DNA of 64,000 nt from Prochlorococcus sp. AG-436-E22 (GTDB lineage: Bacteria; Cyanobacteriota; Cyanobacteriia; PCC-6307; Cyanobiaceae). Shown here piece by piece: positions 1 to 9,910 of the stretch. Each line of letters begins with the position of its first letter. The first letter of the stretch is position 1. The notes under the pieces are model-generated. The model searched no databases and was not told the origin of the DNA. It worked only from the letters and a program-made list of their open reading frames with translations. The stretch is from the NCBI GenBank assembly GCA_003212615.1, contig QCPG01000001.1:10597-74596 (forward strand), in the 5' to 3' direction. A program made the position numbers and the translations under genes.

Positions 1-279
1 CAGCTTGATGCTTTCTCAGAAAAACAATTTAAGACTTTTGTTAATAATAATTTAAAGAATGAACTTCCATTCGTTATTGATCTTACAAAAATTGATTTTC
101 TAGATTCGTCGGGTCTTGGAGCTCTTGTTCAGACTGCTAAAGAATGTAAAAAATATAAGTTAGCTTTCTCAGTTGTTGGTAATTCGAGAGTTGCTCAAAC
201 AATTAAACTTGTTCGTTTAGGCGATTTTCTTAACTTACAGTCTTGTCTTGAAGATGCATTACATTATTTAAAAGATTGA
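1..279 (+). CDS. STAS-domain anti-sigma factor antagonist (RsbV/SpoIIAA-like), 5' end outside window
   Basis: Frame 1 reads QLDAFSEKQF...VIDLTKIDFLDSSGLGALV...QTIKLVRL...LKD*, TGA at 277-279; DSSGLG phospho-Ser motif; TTGA overlap with next gene. Not in ORF track. Confidence 0.88.
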   Translation, partial: QLDAFSEKQFKTFVNNNLKNELPFVIDLTKIDFLDSSGLGALVQTAKECKKYKLAFSVVGNSRVAQTIKLVRLGDFLNLQSCLEDALHYLKD

Positions 280-665
280 ATTATTGGATTCAAAACTTGG
301 TTCCATATGGATCTCCTAAAGAAATAGGTGTTATTCAACTTGCTTGGCTTGGTGATTCGGTATGGGAACTTCATCAAAGACTAAGATATGTGCATTTCCC
401 TTTGAAATCAAAAGAACTGCATTTATCAGTAGTGAACGAAGTAAAAGCAAATTCTCAATCAAAATCTTTAAGTCAAATTGAACATTTACTAAATGAGAAT
501 GAAATAGATTTAATTAAACGTGCTAGAAATAAAATAAAGAGATACCCAAAGTCTTCAGACCCTACTACATATTCAAGAGCGACTGGTTTTGAAACTCTTA
601 TCGGTTGGCTATTTCTAAAAGATCCTAAAAGATTATCAACTCTTTTTGAATATCTTGAAAATTAA
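276..665 (+). CDS. mrnC: Mini-ribonuclease III
   Basis: LAWLGDSVWEL, RARN and YSRATGFETLIGWLFL motifs; 129 aa with no dsRBD; upstream of rlmB. Confidence 0.9.
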   Translation: MNYWIQNLVPYGSPKEIGVIQLAWLGDSVWELHQRLRYVHFPLKSKELHLSVVNEVKANSQSKSLSQIEHLLNENEIDLIKRARNKIKRYPKSSDPTTYSRATGFETLIGWLFLKDPKRLSTLFEYLEN

Positions 666-679
666 AATTTAAAGAATCC

Positions 680-1693
680 ATGAAAAATTCATCTAAAAAT
701 AATTTTTTTGAAAAAAATAGTAAACAATATAAAAAAAAATCTGATTCTAATTTTTTCTCTAAAAATACAAATTCTTCAAAAAAAAATAATAATAGATTCT
801 TAATGAATTCGTCTAAAAATAATACTTTTAATAATTTAAGCAAAAGTGATAAAAATAAAAGTAACTATTCATCCTTAAAAAGAAGAAAGCCAATAGCTAT
901 ATCTAATTTAGATTTTTCTAATAAAGCTCCGAATATTTATCAAGATCTTTCTAATAAAAAAAATTTTGACGATTGGATATGGGGAAAACATTCGGTTTTT
1001 GAAGCCCTTACTAGTGAAAGAGCTATTAATAGAATTTGGTGTACATCAGAAATCTTTTCTTCAGAGAAATTCTATATTTTACTCAAGGACCTTAAATCAA
1101 AAGGAGTGCTCATCGAAGAAGTTTCTTGGAACAGGCTTTCACAATTGACTTTTGGCGCTTCACATCAAGGTGTCGCGATGCAGTTAGCATGCTCGAAAAC
1201 AATATCTCTTGAAAAATTAATCTATTCTTCTAAAAAGAACTCTGCAAATCCGATTATTTTGGCCTTAGATGGAATAACTGATCCACATAATGTTGGCGCA
1301 ATTATTAGATCAGCAGAGGCATTTGGTTGCAATGGTATCATCATCCCTCAAAGAAGGTCAGCTGGCTTAACTGGAACAGTTGCCAAGGTGGCTGCAGGAG
1401 CCTTGGAACACTTGCCAGTAAGTAGAGTTGTTAATTTAAATAGGGCACTAGAGGAGCTAAAGAAAAATGGTTTTCTTGTTGTGGGATTATCTGGAGATGT
1501 TCAATTATCGATTTCAAACTTTGATGAAAAAACACCCACTGTTGTAATAATAGGTGCTGAAGATAAAGGGATTTCTTTGCTTACACAAAAAAAATGCGAT
1601 TTTCTATTAAGTATTCCTCTTAAAGGTAAGACATCTAGTTTAAATGCTTCTGTGGCAGCGGCAATATCACTATTTTACTTGACAAGTAAATAA
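680..1693 (+). CDS. rlmB: 23S rRNA (guanosine-2251-2'-O)-methyltransferase RlmB
   Basis: SPOUT motifs LDGITDPHNVGAIIRSA, GAEDKG, SSLNASVAA; HQGV; long N/K/S-rich N-terminus. Confidence 0.92.
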   Translation: MKNSSKNNFFEKNSKQYKKKSDSNFFSKNTNSSKKNNNRFLMNSSKNNTFNNLSKSDKNKSNYSSLKRRKPIAISNLDFSNKAPNIYQDLSNKKNFDDWIWGKHSVFEALTSERAINRIWCTSEIFSSEKFYILLKDLKSKGVLIEEVSWNRLSQLTFGASHQGVAMQLACSKTISLEKLIYSSKKNSANPIILALDGITDPHNVGAIIRSAEAFGCNGIIIPQRRSAGLTGTVAKVAAGALEHLPVSRVVNLNRALEELKKNGFLVVGLSGDVQLSISNFDEKTPTVVIIGAEDKGISLLTQKKCDFLLSIPLKGKTSSLNASVAAAISLFYLTSK

Positions 1694-1840
1694 GGTTTTT
1701 GTTAATAATATCTTTACGTAATGTTTTCTAAAATATTGTTGTTTCAATACATTTAGATAATTAATGAAAATTTATTGAATTTTTACTACAAAATTGTATA
1801 GAATTTAACAAGAATTGATGGTCTATCGAGACCAATAAAA

Positions 1841-2056
1841 TTGATTAGACATTTTGGAAACAAACTCGGATTAGCTTGGTGGGCTAAAATCGAAACGGAA
1901 CAGCCTAATACTACGTACTGGTATGGTCCATTTATTACTAAACGTAGCTTGAAAGCAAATATGTCCTCTTTTATTAAAGATCTCTCCGATGAAGGTTCTA
2001 CCAATATCAAACATTCTTTTGTTCGTTGCAAAAAAGAAGAACCATTAACTGTTTGA
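1841..2056 (+). CDS. DUF1816-family small cyanobacterial protein
   Basis: GLAWWAKIET.QPN.TYWYGPF and EPLT C-terminus; upstream of gatA. Confidence 0.8.
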   Translation: MIRHFGNKLGLAWWAKIETEQPNTTYWYGPFITKRSLKANMSSFIKDLSDEGSTNIKHSFVRCKKEEPLTV

Positions 2057-2081
2057 AAATCTTTAACTTACAAGAAATACG

Positions 2082-3536
2082 TTGGAAATGGATTTTAAGT
2101 CTTTAAGAAAGCATATTAATAGTAAAAATGCTTCCGTTAAGGAATTAATAAATGATTTTTTTGTAAAAATTGATTCTAAAGATACTCAAATTAATTCATA
2201 TATTAGTACTACAAAAGATAATGCAATCGCACAGGCTGAAAATATAGATAAATTACTTCAAAATGATGAAATACTACCTCCTCTCGCAGGAATTCCAATA
2301 GCAATTAAAGATAATATTTGCACTAAGGGAGTTTTAACCACTTGTGCAAGTGAAATGCTCAAAAACTTTGTTGCTCCTTATGAATCAACAGCTTCAAGTA
2401 AATTATGGTCTTCGGGTGGTATTTGTTTAGGTAAAACAAATTTAGATGAATTTGCCATGGGTAGTTCAACAGAAACGTCCGTCTTTGGTGTTACTTCAAA
2501 TCCATGGGATTTTAATAGAGTACCAGGAGGAAGTTCTGGAGGCAGTGCTGCTTCAGTTGCTGCTGGATTATGTGCGGCGGCTATAGGTTCTGATACGGGA
2601 GGATCAATAAGACAACCAGCTTCTTTTTGTGGTGTTGTAGGGCTTAAGCCTACTTATGGCAGAGTAAGTAGATGGGGACTTGTAGCATTTGCTAGCTCTC
2701 TTGATCAAATTGGTCCAATTACAAATACTGTTTCAGATGCCGCTGAAATTCTTTATTCAATATCTGGTAAGGATCCCTTAGATTCAACATGTCTAGATAA
2801 ACCAGTACCAAATTATTTGAGTGATTTAAATAAATCTATTAAGGATTTAAAAATTGGAATAATTAAAGAATGCTTTGAACATCCTGGCCTTAACCGAGAA
2901 GTTAAGGAATCTGTTCTTTCTGGAGTTGAGAGATTCAAAACTTTAGGAGCCGAAATCATTGAAGTTGAATGTCCTAGATTTAACGACGGAATTGCCACAT
3001 ATTATGTAATTGCACCATCTGAAGCATCAGCAAATTTGGCTAGATACGATGGAGTTAAATATGGCTACAGATCCAATGAAGGTTCTAATCTTTTAGATAT
3101 GACATCAAAAAGCAGAGCCGAAGGCTTTGGAGATGAAGTGCAAAGAAGAATTTTGATAGGTACTTATGCCTTGTCAGCTGGATACAGTGACGCATATTAC
3201 AAGAAAGCGCAAAAAGTTAGAACACTAATAAGAAAAGATTTTGATAACGCTTTTAAGAAAGTAGATATTCTATTAACTCCGACTTGCCCAACTACCGCTT
3301 TTTTGAAGGGTGATTTTGTTAATGATCCGCTCTCTATGTATTTGTCTGATCTATTAACTGTACCAGCTAATTTAGCCGGACTCCCAGCTATCAGTATTCC
3401 TTGTGGTTTTGATAACAAAGGATTACCTATAGGTCTTCAACTAATAGGTAATGTATTGGAAGAGGATAGAATATTAAATGCCGCAAATATTTTCGAAATT
3501 GATGCTCAGGTAATTAAGACTAGGCCTTTATTCTAA
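2082..3536 (+). CDS. gatA: Asp/Glu-tRNA amidotransferase subunit A
   Basis: Amidase signature [30 protein letters not shown]. Confidence 0.97.
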   Translation: MEMDFKSLRKHINSKNASVKELINDFFVKIDSKDTQINSYISTTKDNAIAQAENIDKLLQNDEILPPLAGIPIAIKDNICTKGVLTTCASEMLKNFVAPYESTASSKLWSSGGICLGKTNLDEFAMGSSTETSVFGVTSNPWDFNRVPGGSSGGSAASVAAGLCAAAIGSDTGGSIRQPASFCGVVGLKPTYGRVSRWGLVAFASSLDQIGPITNTVSDAAEILYSISGKDPLDSTCLDKPVPNYLSDLNKSIKDLKIGIIKECFEHPGLNREVKESVLSGVERFKTLGAEIIEVECPRFNDGIATYYVIAPSEASANLARYDGVKYGYRSNEGSNLLDMTSKSRAEGFGDEVQRRILIGTYALSAGYSDAYYKKAQKVRTLIRKDFDNAFKKVDILLTPTCPTTAFLKGDFVNDPLSMYLSDLLTVPANLAGLPAISIPCGFDNKGLPIGLQLIGNVLEEDRILNAANIFEIDAQVIKTRPLF

Positions 3537-3620
3537 AATTGTATTAATAATTAATTTGTAATCACAAAGTATAGATTTTTTAGAAATTTTCTCTATTTTA
3601 TATATATAAATTGACTGAAT

Positions 3621-6600
3621 ATGGGTTTCGTTCCGCTACATAATCATAGTGACTATAGTCTTCTTGATGGAGCAAGTCAAATTTCAAAAATTGTAGATAG
3701 AGCTTGTGATCTTGGAATGGATTCTATTGCTCTTACCGATCATGGAGTTATGTATGGAGTTCTTGACTTAGTAAAGAGGTGTAAAGAGAAAGGAATAAAA
3801 CCAATTATTGGTAATGAAATGTATGTGATTAATGGTTCTATTGATGATCCTCAACCTAAAAAAGAAAAAAGATATCATTTGGTGGTGCTAGCAAAAAATC
3901 ATACTGGTTATAAAAATCTCGTAAAGTTAACAACTATTAGTCACTTAAATGGGATGAGAGGTCGAGGCATTTTTTCTAGACCATGCATTGATAAATTTCT
4001 TTTAAATAAATATAAGGATGGTCTTATAGTTTCTACAGCTTGCCTTGGTGGAGAGATACCTCAGGCCATCTTGAAAGGAAGATTAGATGTAGCAGAGGAT
4101 ACAGCCCTTTGGTATAAAAAATTATTTGCAGATGATTTTTATCTAGAAATACAAGATCACGGATCTATTGAGGATAGAATTGTTAACGTCGAATTATTAA
4201 AAATTGGGAAGAAGCATCAAATAAAAGTCATCGCTACCAACGATGCTCATTACGTATCAAATATGGATGTTGAATCACATGATGCTTTGCTGTGTGTATT
4301 AACGGGAAAACTAATAAGTGATGAAAAAAGATTGAGATATACAGGTACAGAATATATTAAAAGTGAAAATGATATGCTTGAACTTTTTAAAGATCATATT
4401 GATGATGAATCAATTAAAGATGCAGTGAACAATACAGTAGAAATTTCTCAGAAAATTGAAGTATTTGATTTGTTTGGTAAATATAGAATGCCAAAATTTC
4501 CTCTTAAGGAAGACAAAGATTCTTTTTTTCTACTAACAAAATTATCTAATGAAGGTCTTTTAAAAAGACTTAAAAAAAACGATCTTACAGAAGTTGATGA
4601 GATATATAAAAAAAGATTATCTTCGGAATTGAAAATTATAAAAGATATGGGTTTCCCAGATTATTTTTTGGTTGTTTGGGATTATATCAAATTTGCTAGA
4701 GATAACTCTATCCCAGTAGGACCAGGTAGAGGTTCTGCCGCAGGTTCTCTAGTAGCCTATGCTCTTCAAATTACAAATATAGATCCTGTTGAGCATGGAT
4801 TATTGTTTGAGAGATTTTTAAATCCGGCAAGAAAGTCTATGCCAGATATTGATACCGACTTTTGTATTGATAGGAGAAATGAAGTTATTGATTATGTTAC
4901 TAATCGATATGGAGAGGATAAAGTTGCACAAATAATTACATTCAATAAAATGACTTCTAAGGCTGTTTTAAAAGATGTTGCAAGGGTTCTAGATATTCCT
5001 TATGGAGAGGCAGATAAGTTAGCCAAGTTAATACCGGTTGTAAGAGGGAAACCTTATAAACTTAATGAAATGATTGATAAGAATTCTCCTAGTCAAGAAT
5101 TTAGAGATAAATATATTAATGACAATAGGGTAAAAAGATGGATCGATTTGGCTTTAAGAATTGAAGGAACGAATAAAACATATGGAGTTCATGCGGCAGG
5201 AGTTGTTATAGCATCAGAGCCTCTCGACGAACTTGTACCTCTTCAAAGGAATAATGAAGGACAAATAATAACCCAATATTCTATGGATGATATTGAATCA
5301 CTTGGATTATTGAAAATGGATTTCTTGGGTCTTAAGAATCTTACGATGATTGAAAAGACAGTTTCTCTTGTTAATCAATCCACTGGAAAGACAATAAATA
5401 TTGATGAGTTACCTCAAAATGATGATAAAACATTTGAGCTTATTGGAAGAGGAGATCTTGAAGGTATATTTCAACTTGAATCTGCTGGTATGAAACAGGT
5501 TGTAAAGGACTTTAAACCTAACTCTCTTGAGGACATTTCATCTATCCTGGCTCTTTATAGACCTGGTCCTCTTGATGCTGGCCTTATACCTAAATTCATA
5601 AATCGAAAGAATGGCAACGAAAAGGTTGATTTCCCTCATCCTTTTATTAAGTCAATTCTTACTGAAACCTATGGAATAATGGTATACCAAGAACAAATTA
5701 TGAAAATTGCTCAAGACTTGGCCGGTTATTCTCTGGGTGATGCAGATTTACTTCGTAGAGCAATGGGGAAAAAGAAAGTATCAGAGATGGTAAAACATAG
5801 AAATATTTTTGTGGGCGGTTCTATGAAGAAGGGTGTAAATGAAAAATTAGCAAATGATCTTTTTGATCAAATGGTTTTATTCGCAGAATATTGTTTTAAT
5901 AAAAGCCACTCAACCGCTTATGGTGCAGTAACTTATCAAACTGCATTTTTAAAAGCCCATTTTCCTGTTGCATATATGGCAGCTCTTTTAAGTGTAAATT
6001 CAGGCGCCAGCGACAAGATGCAAAGATATATTTCTAATTGTTATTCAATGGGAATAGAAGTTATTTCACCCAGCATTAATTTCTCTGGAATTGATTTCAC
6101 TATTATGAATAATCAGATTTTATTCGGTCTGTCTGCAATAAAAAATTTAGGAGATTCTGCCATAAGAAATATAATTGAAAATCGAAATAATTTTGGAAGT
6201 TTTAAGTCATTATCAGATTTGTGCGATCGTTTACCTTCTAATGTCCTTAATAAAAGAAACCTTGAATCTCTAATTCATTGTGGTGCATTAGATGAGTTTT
6301 CAAATAATAATAATAGAGCTCAATTATTGTCAGATCTCGAACATGTCATTGAATGGGCCTCTTCCCGAAATCGGGATAGATTGTCCGGGCAAGGAAATCT
6401 ATTTGACTCTAAAGAAGAATTTTCAAATGTAGCATTTTCAGATTCACAATTAGCTAAAGTTGATGATTATTCACTGATTGAGAAGTTAAAGTTAGAAAAG
6501 CAGCTTTTAGGTTTTTACTTATCTGATCATCCTCTAAAACATTTAACTAAGCCAGCAAAACTTGTATCTCCAATTAGTATTTCGCAGTTAGAAGAAATAA

Positions 6601-7118
6601 AAGATAGAACGAAAGTCTCTTTAGTTGGGATGATCCCCGAGTTGAAGCAAATCACCACTAGAAAAGGGGATAGGATGGCTATAGTTCAGCTTGAAGATCT
6701 TTCTGGAACTTGCGAAGCAGTAGTTTTCCCGAAAACCTATATAAGATTATCAGAATTTCTTTTGACTGATACTAGATTATTGGTGTGGGGAACAATAGAT
6801 AAAAAAAGTGATAAAACTCAATTAATAATTGATGATTGTAGAGAAATAGATAACCTTAAATTGCTTATTATTAATCTTGAAGGTTCTCAAGCATCAGATG
6901 TAAGAGTACAAAATACTTTAAGAGACTGTTTAATTAAATTTAAGCCAGATAAAGGTAAATGTGGAATCAAGATCCCTGTATTAGCTGCAGTAAGAAATAA
7001 AAATACTATTACCTACGTTAAATTTGGTGAACAATTCTGTATAGGCGATATTCAAGGAGCATGCAAATTATTAGAAAATAAATCATTCCAAGTTAATTTG
7101 AAATCTTTAGTTTCCTAG
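3621..7118 (+). CDS. dnaE: DNA polymerase III subunit alpha (unsplit, intein-free)
   Basis: PHP domain HNHSDYSLLDG, GPGRGSAAGS, MPDIDTDF, FAEYCFNKSHS, C-terminal OB fold. Confidence 0.98.
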   Translation: MGFVPLHNHSDYSLLDGASQISKIVDRACDLGMDSIALTDHGVMYGVLDLVKRCKEKGIKPIIGNEMYVINGSIDDPQPKKEKRYHLVVLAKNHTGYKNLVKLTTISHLNGMRGRGIFSRPCIDKFLLNKYKDGLIVSTACLGGEIPQAILKGRLDVAEDTALWYKKLFADDFYLEIQDHGSIEDRIVNVELLKIGKKHQIKVIATNDAHYVSNMDVESHDALLCVLTGKLISDEKRLRYTGTEYIKSENDMLELFKDHIDDESIKDAVNNTVEISQKIEVFDLFGKYRMPKFPLKEDKDSFFLLTKLSNEGLLKRLKKNDLTEVDEIYKKRLSSELKIIKDMGFPDYFLVVWDYIKFARDNSIPVGPGRGSAAGSLVAYALQITNIDPVEHGLLFERFLNPARKSMPDIDTDFCIDRRNEVIDYVTNRYGEDKVAQIITFNKMTSKAVLKDVARVLDIPYGEADKLAKLIPVVRGKPYKLNEMIDKNSPSQEFRDKYINDNRVKRWIDLALRIEGTNKTYGVHAAGVVIASEPLDELVPLQRNNEGQIITQYSMDDIESLGLLKMDFLGLKNLTMIEKTVSLVNQSTGKTINIDELPQNDDKTFELIGRGDLEGIFQLESAGMKQVVKDFKPNSLEDISSILALYRPGPLDAGLIPKFINRKNGNEKVDFPHPFIKSILTETYGIMVYQEQIMKIAQDLAGYSLGDADLLRRAMGKKKVSEMVKHRNIFVGGSMKKGVNEKLANDLFDQMVLFAEYCFNKSHSTAYGAVTYQTAFLKAHFPVAYMAALLSVNSGASDKMQRYISNCYSMGIEVISPSINFSGIDFTIMNNQILFGLSAIKNLGDSAIRNIIENRNNFGSFKSLSDLCDRLPSNVLNKRNLESLIHCGALDEFSNNNNRAQLLSDLEHVIEWASSRNRDRLSGQGNLFDSKEEFSNVAFSDSQLAKVDDYSLIEKLKLEKQLLGFYLSDHPLKHLTKPAKLVSPISISQLEEIKDRTKVSLVGMIPELKQITTRKGDRMAIVQLEDLSGTCEAVVFPKTYIRLSEFLLTDTRLLVWGTIDKKSDKTQLIIDDCREIDNLKLLIINLEGSQASDVRVQNTLRDCLIKFKPDKGKCGIKIPVLAAVRNKNTITYVKFGEQFCIGDIQGACKLLENKSFQVNLKSLVS

Positions 7119-7119
7119 A

Positions 7120-7569
7120 TTAATTATTCTCCTCAAAGTTTTGTGTTGCAGGTTTGAAGGCTGCTTTAGCTCTTTGTATATTTATTGGGATATTTTCAAT
7201 TCCCAAAAAAGATCCAGGCTCTTTATCCCAACTAGCGGATAAGATTCCGAAACTCAATCCTGCAAGACCTAACAAGAAAAATAAGGCTGAAATTGCAATA
7301 GTTGAAGAAGGAGGTATTTCAGCGATATTTCTAGTAACTATAATATAGCTTACAACAAAAACTGACATACCCATTATCGTCGGTATTCCTGTGGTAAAAA
7401 ATATTCTTCTCGCCATTCTATCGGCTACATATTTAGGGATCCCACTTGATGTTTGCTTTGGGGCAGTAACTCTATTAGATTTTTTTTCTAGATTGGAAAA
7501 AACAGTTTTCTCAGATAAAGTTTTATTCTTTCCATTAAGTATATTTTTTTTTGATTGTTTTTTTTTCAT
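7120..7569 (-). CDS. PAM68-family photosystem II assembly protein
   Basis: IPKYVADRMARR, two TM helices, GILSASWD..PGS.LG motif. Confidence 0.85.
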   Translation of the reverse strand: MKKKQSKKNILNGKNKTLSEKTVFSNLEKKSNRVTAPKQTSSGIPKYVADRMARRIFFTTGIPTIMGMSVFVVSYIIVTRNIAEIPPSSTIAISALFFLLGLAGLSFGILSASWDKEPGSFLGIENIPINIQRAKAAFKPATQNFEENN

Positions 7570-7578
7570 TAATAGAAA

Positions 7579-7848
7579 TCATCCTCTGATTCCAATTTTA
7601 TTTACTAAGTCTTGATATCTTTGAACATTTTTTTCTTTTATGTAAGATAGTAATCTTTTCCTTTTCCCAATCATTTTTAATAATCCTTGCCTTGAGGCAA
7701 AGTCATGAATGTTTTCTTGTAAATGGTCACTTAATTTAGAAATTCTTTTAGAAAGCATTGCAACTTGAACCTCTGCTGATCCTGTGTCAGTTGCATGAAC
7801 TTGATGGGTTTCAATAAGTTTCTGTTTTTCAGCTGTATCTAATGACAT
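7579..7848 (-). CDS. rpsO: 30S ribosomal protein S15
   Basis: [34 protein letters not shown]. Confidence 0.98.
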   Translation of the reverse strand: MSLDTAEKQKLIETHQVHATDTGSAEVQVAMLSKRISKLSDHLQENIHDFASRQGLLKMIGKRKRLLSYIKEKNVQRYQDLVNKIGIRG

Positions 7849-7880
7849 AAAATTTATTTTCTTAAATCTATATTACTACG

Positions 7881-8558
7881 TTATCTGACTATATTACTAC
7901 TATCCTTATCCAAATAATTCATAGCTAACTTCAATAAATTTTCAAATGATGTGTTTTTTCCATTTTTAGTAGAGTTATCTGTTTCTTTGATAATAATTGG
8001 CAAAATTTTTTTAATTTCATTCTTGGTGTAATTTAAAGACTTTAAAGTTAACTGAAGGTCAGCCACCATTTTATTGAATTCAGTATTCTTAATATTAAAT
8101 GCCTCTTGGCTTTTTTGTTGATCAATTTGCAATTCATTTTTAAATTTACTTTTTAATTCTAAAATTAATCTTTCACTCATTTTTTGACCTATACCAGGTA
8201 CAGAACAAATTAAATTTTTGTTGTGATTATTAATCGCATTGATAACTTCACTAATGGAAAATTTATTTAATATCCCCATACCAATTTGGGATCCAACGCC
8301 TCTAATATTTAAAATTTCAATAAAGAAATTCTTTTGATCCTTTGATGTAAAGCCAAATAATAAATCTGAATCTTCTTTCTTAATGTGTTTTATCCAAAGT
8401 GTAATGTTTTTATTAGATATATGGGTTGTTTTTAATTCTAAAAAAAAGGATTCTAATATTTGGATTTCGTACCCTAATCCTTGACAATTTATTAAAATAA
8501 AAAATTTGTGATTAGTTTGCCATGATTCCACCAATTCTCCATTTATCCAACTAATCAA
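7881..8558 (-). CDS. ruvA: Holliday junction branch migration protein RuvA
   Basis: MISWING, GLGYEI, LFGF, HhH motifs RGVG and VPGIGQKMSERLILELK. Confidence 0.93.
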   Translation of the reverse strand: MISWINGELVESWQTNHKFFILINCQGLGYEIQILESFFLELKTTHISNKNITLWIKHIKKEDSDLLFGFTSKDQKNFFIEILNIRGVGSQIGMGILNKFSISEVINAINNHNKNLICSVPGIGQKMSERLILELKSKFKNELQIDQQKSQEAFNIKNTEFNKMVADLQLTLKSLNYTKNEIKKILPIIIKETDNSTKNGKNTSFENLLKLAMNYLDKDSSNIVR

Positions 8559-8915
8559 TTAACCACCATCCACCTGACATCCAATCATTGCTCCTGCAGT
8601 CCCGCCAGCAGGTACCGCCCAAAATCTATCTTTACCCCTAGAAGAGGAAAGTGCTATTCCAGCTCCAAGAAGGCCTCCAATAAGTGAACCTTCACTACAG
8701 TCATTATCATCTATTTTCTCAGCTTGATTTTGACCTCCACAGGGTATTACCACATCCACTTCATAAGTTTTTACGAAGCCTGGGTTTGATCTTGTTCCAG
8801 GAATATATTCCTCTCTATATTCAGTCCTGGTACAAGTTACTGACTTTGGAGTCGATGCTTTAACTTGAATAATAGGAGTAAAACAAAACAATAAAGCTAA
8901 ATAGAAAAATTTCAC
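8559..8915 (-). CDS. Putative exported protein with C-terminal glycine-zipper (2TM) motif
   Basis: N-terminal signal-like segment ending VKA-S; GSLIGGLLGAGIA...AGGTAGAMIG; several Cys. Confidence 0.7.
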   Translation of the reverse strand: MKFFYLALLFCFTPIIQVKASTPKSVTCTRTEYREEYIPGTRSNPGFVKTYEVDVVIPCGGQNQAEKIDDNDCSEGSLIGGLLGAGIALSSSRGKDRFWAVPAGGTAGAMIGCQVDGG

Positions 8916-8940
8916 CTTTTTTTTTTATTCTTTCTATATT

Positions 8941-9831
8941 CTATGTCCTTTTGGTTATTTTGGTAGTAGATATAATAGTTCCTAATAAAACTAGTAAAGC
9001 ACCTATTAAAAAATTTATGTTTATCATTTCACTGAAAAACAAAAATCCCCAAATCGAACCGAATAAAACTTGTAAATAGTTAATTGTCGAAGCCTCAGAA
9101 GCAGGTAAATTTTTTAACCCTACAGTTAAGAAAGTCTGACCTAATTGAGTAAATAAGCCAATGCCAATGATCCAAATTAATTCATTCCAATTTGGGGTAA
9201 CCCAGTTGATTAATACAATTGGCAATAAAGTTATAAAAGAAACAAGTGGAAAATATTCAATAATTACATATACATCTTCAGTAAATGCAAGTTTCTTCAC
9301 TGTAACGTAAGCAAATGCAGTGCAGATTGAACCAAGAAAAGCTATCGATAAAGAAACATTTTCAATCTCAACGTTTATATTAGATAATTGAGTTGGATTT
9401 AATATTACTAATATCCCAATCCAGCCAATAATTAAAGCAAAAAATATATTCGGATTTATTTTTTCGTTTATAAATATGCCAGCAAATATAGAAATAAATA
9501 TTGGATATGTGTACTGAATAACAGTAGATATACTAAGAGGCATATTTCTTATCGCATAAAAAATACAAACTAAAGCAAAAGTTCCTAAAAAACCTCTCAA
9601 AAAAAGTAATGGTCTATTGTTCCCCCAAGGATTTATATTTTTCATCTTAATTATAAATAATGTAATCATTAAACTTAATAAAGACCGGAAGAAAACTAAT
9701 TCATAAATAGGTATCCTTTTATCAATATTTTTTACACACAAAGTCATCAAACTAAAGAAGAATGAGGCGAATACCAAATTGAATTTGTTCAATGAGTTTA
9801 ATTTTTTTTCTATTTCTGCAATATTTATCAT
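8941..9831 (-). CDS. DMT/EamA-family transporter
   Basis: About 10 hydrophobic segments, ELVFFRS, LRGFLG, two EamA-like repeats. Confidence 0.85.
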   Translation of the reverse strand: MINIAEIEKKLNSLNKFNLVFASFFFSLMTLCVKNIDKRIPIYELVFFRSLLSLMITLFIIKMKNINPWGNNRPLLFLRGFLGTFALVCIFYAIRNMPLSISTVIQYTYPIFISIFAGIFINEKINPNIFFALIIGWIGILVILNPTQLSNINVEIENVSLSIAFLGSICTAFAYVTVKKLAFTEDVYVIIEYFPLVSFITLLPIVLINWVTPNWNELIWIIGIGLFTQLGQTFLTVGLKNLPASEASTINYLQVLFGSIWGFLFFSEMININFLIGALLVLLGTIISTTKITKRT

Positions 9832-9910
9832 TGAATAAATAGTTTTATTGTGAAATTAAGTAGATTCTTCTTTGATTTTGAACTATAACAAATAAATCAT
9901 TATTTATTTT

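Noticed and set aside
7849-7880. S15 autoregulatory leader RNA before rpsO
   Set aside because: Spacer is only 32 nt and AT-rich, with no evident structure.
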